From a virus, in the IMG/VR virus record IMGVR_UViG_3300049845_000291, positions 1 through 64,000 of that record: a stretch of DNA of 64,000 bases; one strand, 5' to 3'. The position numbers were made by a program, and so were the translations under genes. This document shows positions 38,367 through 46,795 of this stretch, in pieces (position 1 is the first letter of the stretch; every line of letters starts with the position of its first letter). The notes under the pieces were generated by a model. It was given only the letters and a program-made list of their open reading frames with translations. It was not told the origin of the DNA and did no database searches.

Positions 38367-38662
38367 GCGGCAACACCGTTCGAATCGGCGACAAGGTCAC
38401 CTGCGGTGACAACTCCGCTTCAGGGTCTGGCAACGTATTTGCGAACGGCATGCCAATCACTCACGCTGGGCAGAAGAACACCACAGGTCATGGATGCTTC
38501 CCCCCAACGGTGTTTGCCGGGCCGTGGTCTGCGACCGTGTTCGTGAACAATCAGCCCGTCGCGCTCAAGGGCAAGACCAAGATCACGCCGCACCGGTGCG
38601 GGAAGAGCGTGCATGATGGGATTGCAAGCAGCGCGTCCCCAGACGTCTACGTTGAAGCCTGA
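38363..38662 (+). CDS. PAAR spike-tip protein (gp5.4-like)
   Basis: RIGDKVTCGD, GSGNVFANG, GHGCFPP, TVFVNN, PH.CG..VH. Confidence 0.85.
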   Translation: MSGNTVRIGDKVTCGDNSASGSGNVFANGMPITHAGQKNTTGHGCFPPTVFAGPWSATVFVNNQPVALKGKTKITPHRCGKSVHDGIASSASPDVYVEA

Positions 38663-39558
38663 TGCCTCTCAATCTTGCCAAGGCGTACTCGTACGTTCCT
38701 AAGGTCAGCGGACCGGTGCAGCTCGTCACGCGGTCATCTAGACGTGCCAGGTTGACAGCGGGCGGCACGTACTTCAGGTCAAAGGAGTACGGTGAGAGCG
38801 CTAACCTGATTCGGGTTCAGGTCATTGAGAACACGAGTCCAGAGGGTGCCCTGGTCGTCCAGCACGGAGCTCTCAAACCTGATGAGATGATCGCATGGAC
38901 TGGGTCAAATGCTGGCGTCGAGGTCGAGCTTTTCGAAAACAACCTGGAGTGGAACCAAGAGCTACGTGTCACCATTGAGGGCTCAACCACAGTGGCGAAT
39001 TTATACGGCATTAGGTGGCAAATAGCGGGCGGCGAGGACTTCATTTCAGCCGTTGGGCCTGTCGTCAGTGGGATCTTTTCAGGTGCCGGCGTCGTCATGA
39101 AGCTCAAGTTCACCACATGGCCAGCTGGTGGGGTACTGACGATCCGTGCTCGCGTCAAAAAGATTCCTTTGACCCGAATCACGGTGACAACCGACACTGG
39201 AACTGAAGATGGTTGGGCCATCCCAGCCCTGCGAACGGCCGTGAACAGCGACTCGAACCAGTGGATCTACATGCCCACGCGATCAGGGCCTGTCGAACCT
39301 CCAGCGCTCCCGGCAGCTGGAGAGGACGCGCAAGACACTGGGACCGATGCCAAGTTCCTGACGGCGTTCTCATTAACGAACCTGGCCGGTGGCGATGGTC
39401 TACCAACCTCGCCAGCCGGGCTAAACACCGGACCCGATCGAACCTTGGTGCACCTGAACTATGCCGAGAAGGAGGACGGCTCGCTGGGCGAGCTTAACGT
39501 CGTCCATGAGTGGGTCGGCGACAGCCAGCTCATCGGCAGCTGGCAGCGGTACTCTTGA
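38662..39558 (+). CDS. Hypothetical structural protein
   Basis: Coupled ORF at the end of the late operon; LAGGDG motif. Confidence 0.6.
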   Translation: MPLNLAKAYSYVPKVSGPVQLVTRSSRRARLTAGGTYFRSKEYGESANLIRVQVIENTSPEGALVVQHGALKPDEMIAWTGSNAGVEVELFENNLEWNQELRVTIEGSTTVANLYGIRWQIAGGEDFISAVGPVVSGIFSGAGVVMKLKFTTWPAGGVLTIRARVKKIPLTRITVTTDTGTEDGWAIPALRTAVNSDSNQWIYMPTRSGPVEPPALPAAGEDAQDTGTDAKFLTAFSLTNLAGGDGLPTSPAGLNTGPDRTLVHLNYAEKEDGSLGELNVVHEWVGDSQLIGSWQRYS

Positions 39559-39564
39559 TGCAGA

Positions 39565-39652
39565 ACCGGCGACACGAGGTGTCGCCGGTGGGCCTTAAAT
39601 TTCTAAGATGATAGGTACTGTGTCCGGCAGACCGGGTGTCGCCGGCGTCGCC
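39565..39652. repeat. ~88-bp intergenic element, copy B, containing the perfect hairpin ACCGGCGACAC-gag-GTGTCGCCGGT
   Basis: Between convergent genes; similar to 12970-13058. Confidence 0.7.
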
Positions 39653-40260
39653 TAAAGCTCTTTGCCTGGCGTGTTGTTTCGACCGTCGGCGCTCACGAAG
39701 ATCTTCTCTACCGCGCCCCGAATCAGACCACCAGCCTGCGCAAACAGGCCCTGCTTGAGCTCGTCGATGAGCTCCTTGTTCTTGTACAGGTCGCTGGAGC
39801 GCATGCCGCCGGTTAGCTTCAGGTGCACAGGAATCGGATCATCACCGAGCACGCGCTTGATCATGCGCATCCGGCCGCGGCCTTCATGGCCGGTGACCTT
39901 TGGCAGGCTCTCACCCTTCTGATCGAACCGAATGTCGAGGAACGGAATGCCAACAGCGTACCCTTGCTTGACGACGAGCTCTTCGAGCTCGTACGACGTC
40001 GGTTCCTGGTGGCCCTCATCGTCGAGGGCCAGCTTCAGGAACGTGCTCGGTTTCATGAGCGCCACAGCACCCTCGTGCCAGATGTTACCGTTCAACGGCA
40101 CGGATCCTAGGCCCTTACGGGCCGAGAAGGTGATGGGGCCGATCTGGTACTCGAACTCGGCCACGGCTGGAGACCAGGCTGGAGCGTTCTCGAACTTCTC
40201 CGCGTAGATCTTGCGTGGCTCGTTCTCGGCCAGAAAGGATTTGAAGGTGATGTGCCGCAT
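39652..40260 (-). CDS. Putative head-packaged protein with a ParB/Srx-like motif
   Basis: ITFKSFLAE leader (T4 internal-protein-like); P.L......VTGHEGRGR motif; TAAATA 4 nt upstream of the ATG. Confidence 0.55.
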   Translation of the reverse strand: MRHITFKSFLAENEPRKIYAEKFENAPAWSPAVAEFEYQIGPITFSARKGLGSVPLNGNIWHEGAVALMKPSTFLKLALDDEGHQEPTSYELEELVVKQGYAVGIPFLDIRFDQKGESLPKVTGHEGRGRMRMIKRVLGDDPIPVHLKLTGGMRSSDLYKNKELIDELKQGLFAQAGGLIRGAVEKIFVSADGRNNTPGKEL

Positions 40261-40469
40261 CAAGTATTTATGAGACGGGCTCTGAACTGGGCTCGGGGCC
40301 GATGCTCGTACGAGCGGTCCATGGCCTGCCAGCTCCTACAGAACGGCTTGACGACAACCTCGACAAGCGGGTCCTTCAGCAGCTCGAGCGCGTTCTGCTG
40401 GCAGATCGGGACCCAGCCGCCGGCCTTCAGCCGCAGCCTGACTCTGGCGATGGAGTCAGGCTCACGCAT
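40260..40469 (-). CDS. Small hypothetical protein
   Basis: Coupled to the flanking ORFs. Confidence 0.45.
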   Translation of the reverse strand: MREPDSIARVRLRLKAGGWVPICQQNALELLKDPLVEVVVKPFCRSWQAMDRSYEHRPRAQFRARLINT

Positions 40470-40705
40470 CAGAGCACTGGCCCGAGGGCCATGGCCAGGC
40501 CTCGCGTGGTCGGCGTGACGTTTCGCTTGTGGTGCGGCACGCGCTTCACGGCGCCATGATCTTCCAGACGATCCAGCAGCAGGTGCACGCTCGGGCCGGT
40601 GATGCCGAGCTCGGCGCCGAGCTCCTCACGAGTGGGCGAGTGTCCGTGCACGACCATGAAGGCCACGAGATGCTTCAGGCAGTTCAGCTGTTGGGGGGTG
40701 ACCAT
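40469..40705 (-). CDS. LexA-like N-terminal DNA-binding (winged HTH) protein lacking the peptidase domain
   Basis: TPQQ...L......GHSPTREEL...LG.....V...L.RLE..G.V.R.....R.V matches the LexA DNA-binding pattern; AAGGAG RBS. Confidence 0.75.
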   Translation of the reverse strand: MVTPQQLNCLKHLVAFMVVHGHSPTREELGAELGITGPSVHLLLDRLEDHGAVKRVPHHKRNVTPTTRGLAMALGPVL

Positions 40706-40706
40706 C

Positions 40707-41015
40707 TTAGGCTCCTTCGGAGTTCAGAACTTCCATGATGTCGGGAATCTGCTCGCTGAGCTCGAACAGACCTTGCGGCAGCTCGGTCACAGGCGTGACC
40801 TGCTCTCCTTGGACGCGGAACCGATGGAGCTCGGTGCTCAGGCGGCGGGAGGGCAGCTCGACGACGTACGTGATGTAGAACTGGTGCTTGGCCGCATCGT
40901 ACCACAGTCCGTCGACGTGGCCGTCCAGCGCCACGAGCGGTGAGGTGCCGATGAACTTGCCGACCTGACGCACCGCGTCTTCGGCATCGATCAGCAGCTC
41001 CTTGAGTTGCCCCAT
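40707..41015 (-). CDS. Hypothetical protein
   Basis: GGAG RBS before ATG 41015; downstream of a TAGAAT promoter. Confidence 0.6.
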   Translation of the reverse strand: MGQLKELLIDAEDAVRQVGKFIGTSPLVALDGHVDGLWYDAAKHQFYITYVVELPSRRLSTELHRFRVQGEQVTPVTELPQGLFELSEQIPDIMEVLNSEGA

Positions 41016-41043
41016 TGTGCTCTCCGTGACTAGGATGAATGGA

Positions 41044-41084
41044 ATTCTATCCAGTCTAGAGGACAGAGTGTAACGCGTTACACT
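41044..41084 (-). promoter_or_regulatory. Putative early/middle promoter (TAGAAT) with a perfect 18-bp palindrome AGTGTAACGCGTTACACT over the -35 region
   Basis: Read directly: -10 at 41049-41044, palindrome at 41067-41084. Confidence 0.55.
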
Positions 41085-41713
41085 TCTGCCAGGAACCACT
41101 CCTGATACGTGCCCGGGAAGGACATGGGGTCATACGACCAAGCGGCACCCTCTGGTGTCGTGAGCTTCGTGGTCAACAGGATCTGTTCCATGGAGCCAAA
41201 CATCACGTGGCTCAGTGCATGGACGAAGTGCGGCGTGGCTGGGAAGAACACCGCCATACCACGAACCGGCGTCAGGCTGAAATCGTACGCTGGGAATTCA
41301 AGCTTCGCACCGTACACCTCGAACCGTGGGTCAAGAGGTACGGATGAGTTGAAGTCCTTGAGCCAGAGGAAGCCGACCAGATCGATGTCTCGAACCTTAT
41401 GCCACTTCTTTCTGGAATACATCCAGCCTTGGGCACCGATTGGTTCAGCGGGCTTCTTCGGATCTTCCCAGTACTGTTGGAACATGCCATTCCAGTCGAG
41501 CACTCGAGAACCGTACCGTTCTTCAATAGCTTGGCGATGAGGTGCGAGCGCACCTCGAATCATCGTCAGCTCGGCTGGTGGCAGCAGTCTTTCGTACTTG
41601 AGAGGACGACCGTCTTCGTCAAGACTCGGCTTCAGCAACCCAAGTTCCTTGATCAGCTGCTCGCAGCGGAGCGGGCTGATCAAGTCCTCAATTACGTGGA
41701 ATGGTGAGTGCAT
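41078..41713 (-). CDS. 2OG-Fe(II) oxygenase-fold protein, first metal-binding motif degenerate
   Basis: VIEDLISP..C, LWLKDF, GAKLEFP, P.RG.AVFFP and F.H....V..G. Confidence 0.65.
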   Translation of the reverse strand: MHSPFHVIEDLISPLRCEQLIKELGLLKPSLDEDGRPLKYERLLPPAELTMIRGALAPHRQAIEERYGSRVLDWNGMFQQYWEDPKKPAEPIGAQGWMYSRKKWHKVRDIDLVGFLWLKDFNSSVPLDPRFEVYGAKLEFPAYDFSLTPVRGMAVFFPATPHFVHALSHVMFGSMEQILLTTKLTTPEGAAWSYDPMSFPGTYQEWFLAEV

Positions 41714-42299
41714 TGGCGGTTTGGAGCTCTTCAAACACGCCGCGGTCAAGCTTCAGGAGTGGGGTCTCGCCAGCCTCTGTGACGCGCACCGTCACGAACT
41801 TTGCAAGATCGCCGAGCTGGACCTGAACGTCGTGTTCAAGGTTCTGGGTATCGCCGGGCCAGAACGAGAAGTGCGTCTCGTTTAGCGCGTACGCTGTTTT
41901 CTTACCGACCATCAGGCCGTTTGGCGTCAGTTCGTTGAGTCCCTCAGTGAGCTCGACCTTGACACGTTCGCCATCTACGACAATGAACAGCTCCTCTGAG
42001 AACTTAGACCACTCTGGGTGAGGATCATCAGCAGGGGGCGGTTCTTTCCTGATCTTGTCATCTGCCTTTGGGGCATCATCCTTCGGTGCTTCGGGCTCTT
42101 CCTTCGGAGCCTCGTCCTTTGGGGCCTCAGGCTCCTTCGGCGGTTCATCGTCTTCACCGGCAAGGGCGCCAAGAAATTCAACCAAACGGGCGGTCTTTGT
42201 GTTCAGGACCCGAACGTCAAGGCCTTCATCTTTGAAGATCTCCACTGCCTTGTTGATGGCTGGAGATTTCTCGTAGCACATGATCACGACTGGATGCAT
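41688..42299 (-). CDS. Hypothetical protein with an acidic Pro-rich repeat linker
   Basis: GGAGG RBS; (E/D)APK repeats. Confidence 0.6.
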   Translation of the reverse strand: MHPVVIMCYEKSPAINKAVEIFKDEGLDVRVLNTKTARLVEFLGALAGEDDEPPKEPEAPKDEAPKEEPEAPKDDAPKADDKIRKEPPPADDPHPEWSKFSEELFIVVDGERVKVELTEGLNELTPNGLMVGKKTAYALNETHFSFWPGDTQNLEHDVQVQLGDLAKFVTVRVTEAGETPLLKLDRGVFEELQTANALTIPRN

Positions 42300-42300
42300 G

Positions 42301-42882
42301 TCAGTCCTCCATCGTCACGCGAGTGATCTTTGGGTTCGTCATCTTTGGGGCGTGCTTCACCATGAAGACGTGGCGTGCATGCGCTTTGTCCTTGACAGCC
42401 TTGATCTTTACCTGCCCAGTTGCGCGCTGTTTCATGTTGCCTTCAGGATCAGCCTTCTTAGCAGATTCGCTCTCGTCGTCGCAGCTGTACAGCACCGTTG
42501 CCGTTTTGTTTCCAGCAGATTCGGTCAGCCCAGCCATCTCACGGGCGCGGCGGGCCGCATAGAACTCATCCATCTCCTTGGCCACGACAGTTGGATCCTC
42601 TCCCTCAAGGACCTGCACAGGCGCCATGGTTTCAGCCTGCAGCGCGAGCTTGCACTTGTCCATGGCAATGCGCTTCACGATCTTGTATGTGCTCTGGGCG
42701 TATGTCACGGGGTCAGTGATGCAGACACACAACACCAAGTCCGCCATGACCATTGGGTCATTTGGTTGGGAGCTTACTGCTGGTTGGCTGTCAATCCAAA
42801 CTGAGATGTGTGAACAAGATGAGGTGTCAACATCAGCTGGCACCTGCACCGCTGCAGTCAGGTCGTATGAATCGGGGTACAT
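42301..42882 (-). CDS. Hypothetical late protein with REMAGLTE motif
   Basis: AAGGAG RBS; late promoter at 42903-42908. Confidence 0.65.
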   Translation of the reverse strand: MYPDSYDLTAAVQVPADVDTSSCSHISVWIDSQPAVSSQPNDPMVMADLVLCVCITDPVTYAQSTYKIVKRIAMDKCKLALQAETMAPVQVLEGEDPTVVAKEMDEFYAARRAREMAGLTESAGNKTATVLYSCDDESESAKKADPEGNMKQRATGQVKIKAVKDKAHARHVFMVKHAPKMTNPKITRVTMED

Positions 42883-42905
42883 TGCTGCTCCTTTTTGAGG
42901 ACTAT

Positions 42906-43643
42906 TTAGACCTTTTGAAGCACCTGTGCCCAGAACCGCGCGGCGCGCTCTCGCAGCTCGGAGAACTTGCTTTCGACGTCTACAATGAACTCCAGTGGGA
43001 AGCCCTTTGCCGCAGCCATCAAGATAACACCCTGTTTGATGTCAGTTCCGAACCGCTCATTGTGTGCCATCGCATAGAACGCAAGCTGGATCTCATAATC
43101 CGCAACATCGTCGCGGTTCTTGATCCGAGCGGCGGTCTTGAAGTCAATGATCGATGGGACGCCCTTGTATTCCCCAGCACAATCAAATCGACCCGCCACT
43201 TGAACCTGGTCAGAGTACAGCGCCTTCTCTTGACCCCAGATCTCGTTGATCAGGTTCAGCTTGAGCTTCAAGGAATTGAAGGCGTTTCGATCGTCCTGAG
43301 GAATGCTCTGACCATCAACCGGTGCAAAGACCTCCTGATCTTTCAGGTACCGTTCGACCAGCGTGTGCACCATCGTGCCATGCTGGGTTGCTTCAAGGCT
43401 TTTTTGCGCGGCGCTTTTTTCGCCTAAGGATTTTCTCCACTGCTCGAGCGAACGCTTTTTCTCCGGCGCTTCGGTTATTCCCAAGACGGTGGTGATCGAT
43501 GGCAGCGCGCCAATTGGTGTGCTGTACCACCGCATTCCAAGCTCATTCGTGGTCTCGTACTCGACGTACGGAAATGGGCGGTGAACTCGTTGAGCTGTAC
43601 TTGACGGGGCAACCTTGTCCTTCAGCCAGTTCTTGGGGGTCAT
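42906..43643 (-). CDS. PD-(D/E)XK exonuclease (Cas4/RecB-like, T4-superfamily)
   Basis: PSITTVL, GTMVH, AGRFD, IIDFKT and QLAFY. Confidence 0.85.
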   Translation of the reverse strand: MTPKNWLKDKVAPSSTAQRVHRPFPYVEYETTNELGMRWYSTPIGALPSITTVLGITEAPEKKRSLEQWRKSLGEKSAAQKSLEATQHGTMVHTLVERYLKDQEVFAPVDGQSIPQDDRNAFNSLKLKLNLINEIWGQEKALYSDQVQVAGRFDCAGEYKGVPSIIDFKTAARIKNRDDVADYEIQLAFYAMAHNERFGTDIKQGVILMAAAKGFPLEFIVDVESKFSELRERAARFWAQVLQKV

Positions 43644-44194
43644 GTGTGATTCAAGCGCCGCAACCGCATTGAAGCTGACTTACGTCGAGTCAACTTTGAC
43701 TTCATCGCTCGGATGAACTTCTTTCTAGTTGCTGCAATTCGGAGCTTGTTCCTCGTCTTGGCTGGAATAGGCGGCTTGAATGCGGTCTTTGGGTTAACTA
43801 CGACCCGACCTTTGCGGCGCCCGCTGGTTACGCGGAATCCACGCTTGATCTTGTTGCCGACTCTCCTGAAAGCTGGTCTGATGCCCTCTTGCAGATCGTC
43901 ATCAAGTTCAGAGAACGCTTCTACAGGAAGGACTATACCATGTGGGAACCTGTCGTCATTCTCTTTCTTAAGGATGACATCATTGTCATCGAGGGTTGCT
44001 GTGAACAGATCACCATGAACGTCTTTGAACTGCCCACTGCCCGAATTGAGAGCGGCCAAGAAGTCGTCGACCTTTGATCGGTCGAGCTTCATCACAAAGT
44101 CGTCGGCGCTGAGCAGCAGGCCACCCGCGAGCTCAGCAACGTTCCAGCCGTCGACAGTCTTCGGCTTAGCTGTCGAAGTGCTCGTCGTGTTCAC
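43640..44194 (-). CDS. Putative prohead core protein (acidic N-half, highly basic C-half)
   Basis: LQE|G followed by an Arg/Lys-rich tail containing TSGRRKGRVV. Confidence 0.5.
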   Translation of the reverse strand: MNTTSTSTAKPKTVDGWNVAELAGGLLLSADDFVMKLDRSKVDDFLAALNSGSGQFKDVHGDLFTATLDDNDVILKKENDDRFPHGIVLPVEAFSELDDDLQEGIRPAFRRVGNKIKRGFRVTSGRRKGRVVVNPKTAFKPPIPAKTRNKLRIAATRKKFIRAMKSKLTRRKSASMRLRRLNHT

Positions 44195-44555
44195 GATACC
44201 AGACTTTCGTGAGACCGTTCAGGAACGACAAGATGTCCTTGCTCGTATCACCGATGCTGCCACAATAGATGTCATTCTTCTGACCTTGGACAACCGCCAT
44301 CCACTCATTCGTCCAGGTGAAGCGAACAACATCGCCTTTTTTGGTCCGAACGTCAAGATGGTTCTTGCGGCGCTCGCTCGTAACTGACTCGATCGCCTTG
44401 TTTGCGCGAAGCTCATCTGCTGTCTTCGCAATGCGATCTTTCATCTGCCGCTGAGCAATGTACTCTCGATCGGACTGTTCAACGTCAGCAGCGCGAGCTG
44501 CCTTGGACATGCCCTGCCCAAGAACGCGCGCCTCAGATAGCTCGCTGAACTTCAT
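44166..44555 (-). CDS. Hypothetical protein with MKFSELSEA leader
   Basis: GGAGG RBS; coupled. Confidence 0.6.
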   Translation of the reverse strand: MKFSELSEARVLGQGMSKAARAADVEQSDREYIAQRQMKDRIAKTADELRANKAIESVTSERRKNHLDVRTKKGDVVRFTWTNEWMAVVQGQKNDIYCGSIGDTSKDILSFLNGLTKVWYREHDEHFDS

Positions 44556-46795
44556 CAGTTCCTCCAGCCCTTTGGGCGACCGCCAGTTTTGAGCTTGGTG
44601 GTCCTCAGCATGTTTGCGTACTCCAAGGCAGCCTTGTAGCCTTCCTTCGAGTTCTCAAAGTACCTGGAATGCAGCGCCCCGTCGAATGGACCGTCAATGC
44701 CGACACGCAAGGTCTTCATCCCCGTAGCATCAGGATCAACACCAAGTGCGAGAACTGTCTCCTCGTGCGTATCATCACCGACGTGTGTGGCCATCATGGC
44801 TGGGCCGGCCGCCGGCTCAAACATGTTCAGGTACTTCAGGTCGCTATCTGTGAGCGCTGAAAGCTCGCTGAAGGCCTCATTCAGGTTCTCGTTCTTTTGG
44901 CCTGGTTGAACGCGGGTGAAGGTACGATTTGGCTCGTTTTCCTCATTCAGGGCGGTCAGCAGATTCTTCATCTTCTGCATCACCAGTGCCTTGTTCTTGA
45001 GCGACTGGCGCTTTTCACGAAGGGACTTGATCAGATTGGCTTCTTGGAAATCCAGGTGCTTGGCTGGAATACCAAGGGCAACAAAGATAGCCTCAACCAT
45101 GTTGAGGTACGGATCTGCACCAACGTTCAGGTCACCATCACCTTCAGCCAGCGGCTTACCAGCGCGCTGAAGTCCGGCCATGATTGGCTCGTTCACGTCA
45201 TCAGTCTTGATGCCCATGCGTTGCGCCAGCACGATCATCGCACGGCGTAGCTCGTCATTCGTGCCGATGAGCTTGGCGGCACGCAGCAGAGCCGGAGCAG
45301 CCGGGCCTGGACCTTCAGTGCTGACGACTTCGGCTGGAAGCCCGAGCTTGATCAGGATGGTCTCGAACATCTTCTGGATCGCCGCACCGCGCTTTGGCAC
45401 CGCACGCTCGGCCTCAAGGGCGTACCCCTTGACGGTGGCCATCATGTTGTAGAACTTGTTGAAGGCTGTCAGGACTGACCTCTCCTTGCGAAGCATGTCG
45501 CCGGCCGCTTGAACAGCTTCCTTGACGCCATCAACGTTCACGAAACGGCCAGGGATACCAGTCATCGCGTAGAACGCGACAAGCTTCTTGTCAATGGCAC
45601 GTGGCAGCTGAGCAACCAGCGCCATGTACTGCTTGTCCATCGGGATAGCCATGCCATCCTTCACCGAGTCGCGGTCAACAACCGGAGCTTTTGCTTCCAG
45701 CACGCGCGACAGAAAGTTTGCACCAATTGTCATGTCAACTCCTTGAACACGGAACTTGATCTCGTCCGTTGATTTCTGTTCAGCCATCAGTTCAGCAGCT
45801 TGTCGGCTTGCGAACATTCCCGGCATGTATCCCAGTGCGCGACCTTCGGCAATCGCCTCAAGCACGAACTCACCTTCACCTGATTTAGCAAGCTTGGCGA
45901 GCTGGCTAAGGCCTTCTTCCGTTTGGACAGGCTCCTTCTTCTTTTTCTTCTTGATCACGTTCCCATTCTCGTCTTTCTTGGGATTTCCGTCATCATCGAG
46001 TTCGACCTCTTCGTCTTCCTCACCAGCATCGCCTTCAGCATCGCCTTCAGCATCGCCTTCAGCATCGCCTTCAGCATCGCCTTCAGCATCGCCTTCAGCA
46101 TCGCCTTCAGCATCGCCTTCAGCATCGCCTTCAGCATCGCCTTCAGCATCGCCTTCAGCATCATGACTCGAACCATTTGGGGGCGCTTCATCAGCACCTG
46201 CGGCCAAATCGTTCTCGACCTCACCAGCTGTCGGCTCATCGGCTGAAGTTGTAGGTTGATCCGAAGTATCCTCTGGAGCAGGCTCGTCATCTGCAGCCAG
46301 GGCTGGTTCTGATTCCTCGTCACCAAAGAGCTCGTCAAAGTCGCTGTCGATGGTCAGATCGTCTTCAGATCCCTCTGGGTCGCTTGGCCAAACAACGTCG
46401 ACGATCTCGAACTTCTGCGCAAGAGTCGCGATGGCTTCTTCTGGGTCACCTTCAATACCCAGTAGTTTCGACATTTCAGCTTCGAACTCGTCAGCCTGGT
46501 CAGCACGCACATACACCTTGATGATGTCACCTTCAGGATCGGCAGGATCTTGCAGACCGAAAAGAATGGTGTCAACCTCATCGTTGATCTCAGCTGCACG
46601 CTCAAGATAGTTGTTGATGTCAGATCCTGACAGCTTGCCGTCAGAGTTCAAGACGTTGCGCATCATCGAGAATTGCACATCAACAGGCTTCGCGGAAACG
46701 TCACCACTACCCGCGTTAGAACCATCTGAGCTCTTGAGGTCAGCTTGGAAATTGCCTTTTGACGAGATACCCGCCAGCTCTTGAATCAACTTCAT
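44555..46795 (-). CDS. Large acidic putative internal head/core protein with DAEG repeats
   Basis: MKLIQELAG leader; several LxE|[AG] sites; acidic low-complexity linker. Confidence 0.6.
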   Translation of the reverse strand: MKLIQELAGISSKGNFQADLKSSDGSNAGSGDVSAKPVDVQFSMMRNVLNSDGKLSGSDINNYLERAAEINDEVDTILFGLQDPADPEGDIIKVYVRADQADEFEAEMSKLLGIEGDPEEAIATLAQKFEIVDVVWPSDPEGSEDDLTIDSDFDELFGDEESEPALAADDEPAPEDTSDQPTTSADEPTAGEVENDLAAGADEAPPNGSSHDAEGDAEGDAEGDAEGDAEGDAEGDAEGDAEGDAEGDAEGDAEGDAGEEDEEVELDDDGNPKKDENGNVIKKKKKKEPVQTEEGLSQLAKLAKSGEGEFVLEAIAEGRALGYMPGMFASRQAAELMAEQKSTDEIKFRVQGVDMTIGANFLSRVLEAKAPVVDRDSVKDGMAIPMDKQYMALVAQLPRAIDKKLVAFYAMTGIPGRFVNVDGVKEAVQAAGDMLRKERSVLTAFNKFYNMMATVKGYALEAERAVPKRGAAIQKMFETILIKLGLPAEVVSTEGPGPAAPALLRAAKLIGTNDELRRAMIVLAQRMGIKTDDVNEPIMAGLQRAGKPLAEGDGDLNVGADPYLNMVEAIFVALGIPAKHLDFQEANLIKSLREKRQSLKNKALVMQKMKNLLTALNEENEPNRTFTRVQPGQKNENLNEAFSELSALTDSDLKYLNMFEPAAGPAMMATHVGDDTHEETVLALGVDPDATGMKTLRVGIDGPFDGALHSRYFENSKEGYKAALEYANMLRTTKLKTGGRPKGWRN
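46025..46162. repeat. Perfect 12-bp coding minisatellite (AGCATCGCCTTC) x11.5 encoding (DAEG)11
   Basis: Counted directly. Confidence 0.95.

Noticed and set aside
42906-43643. CRISPR-associated Cas4
   Set aside because: No Fe-S Cys cluster, cas genes or array; it fits the common T4-superfamily exonuclease
45756-46338. Alternative-frame ORFs with MLKA, SPSA or SIAF repeats
   Set aside because: Shadow frames of the 12-bp repeat inside the 746-aa gene
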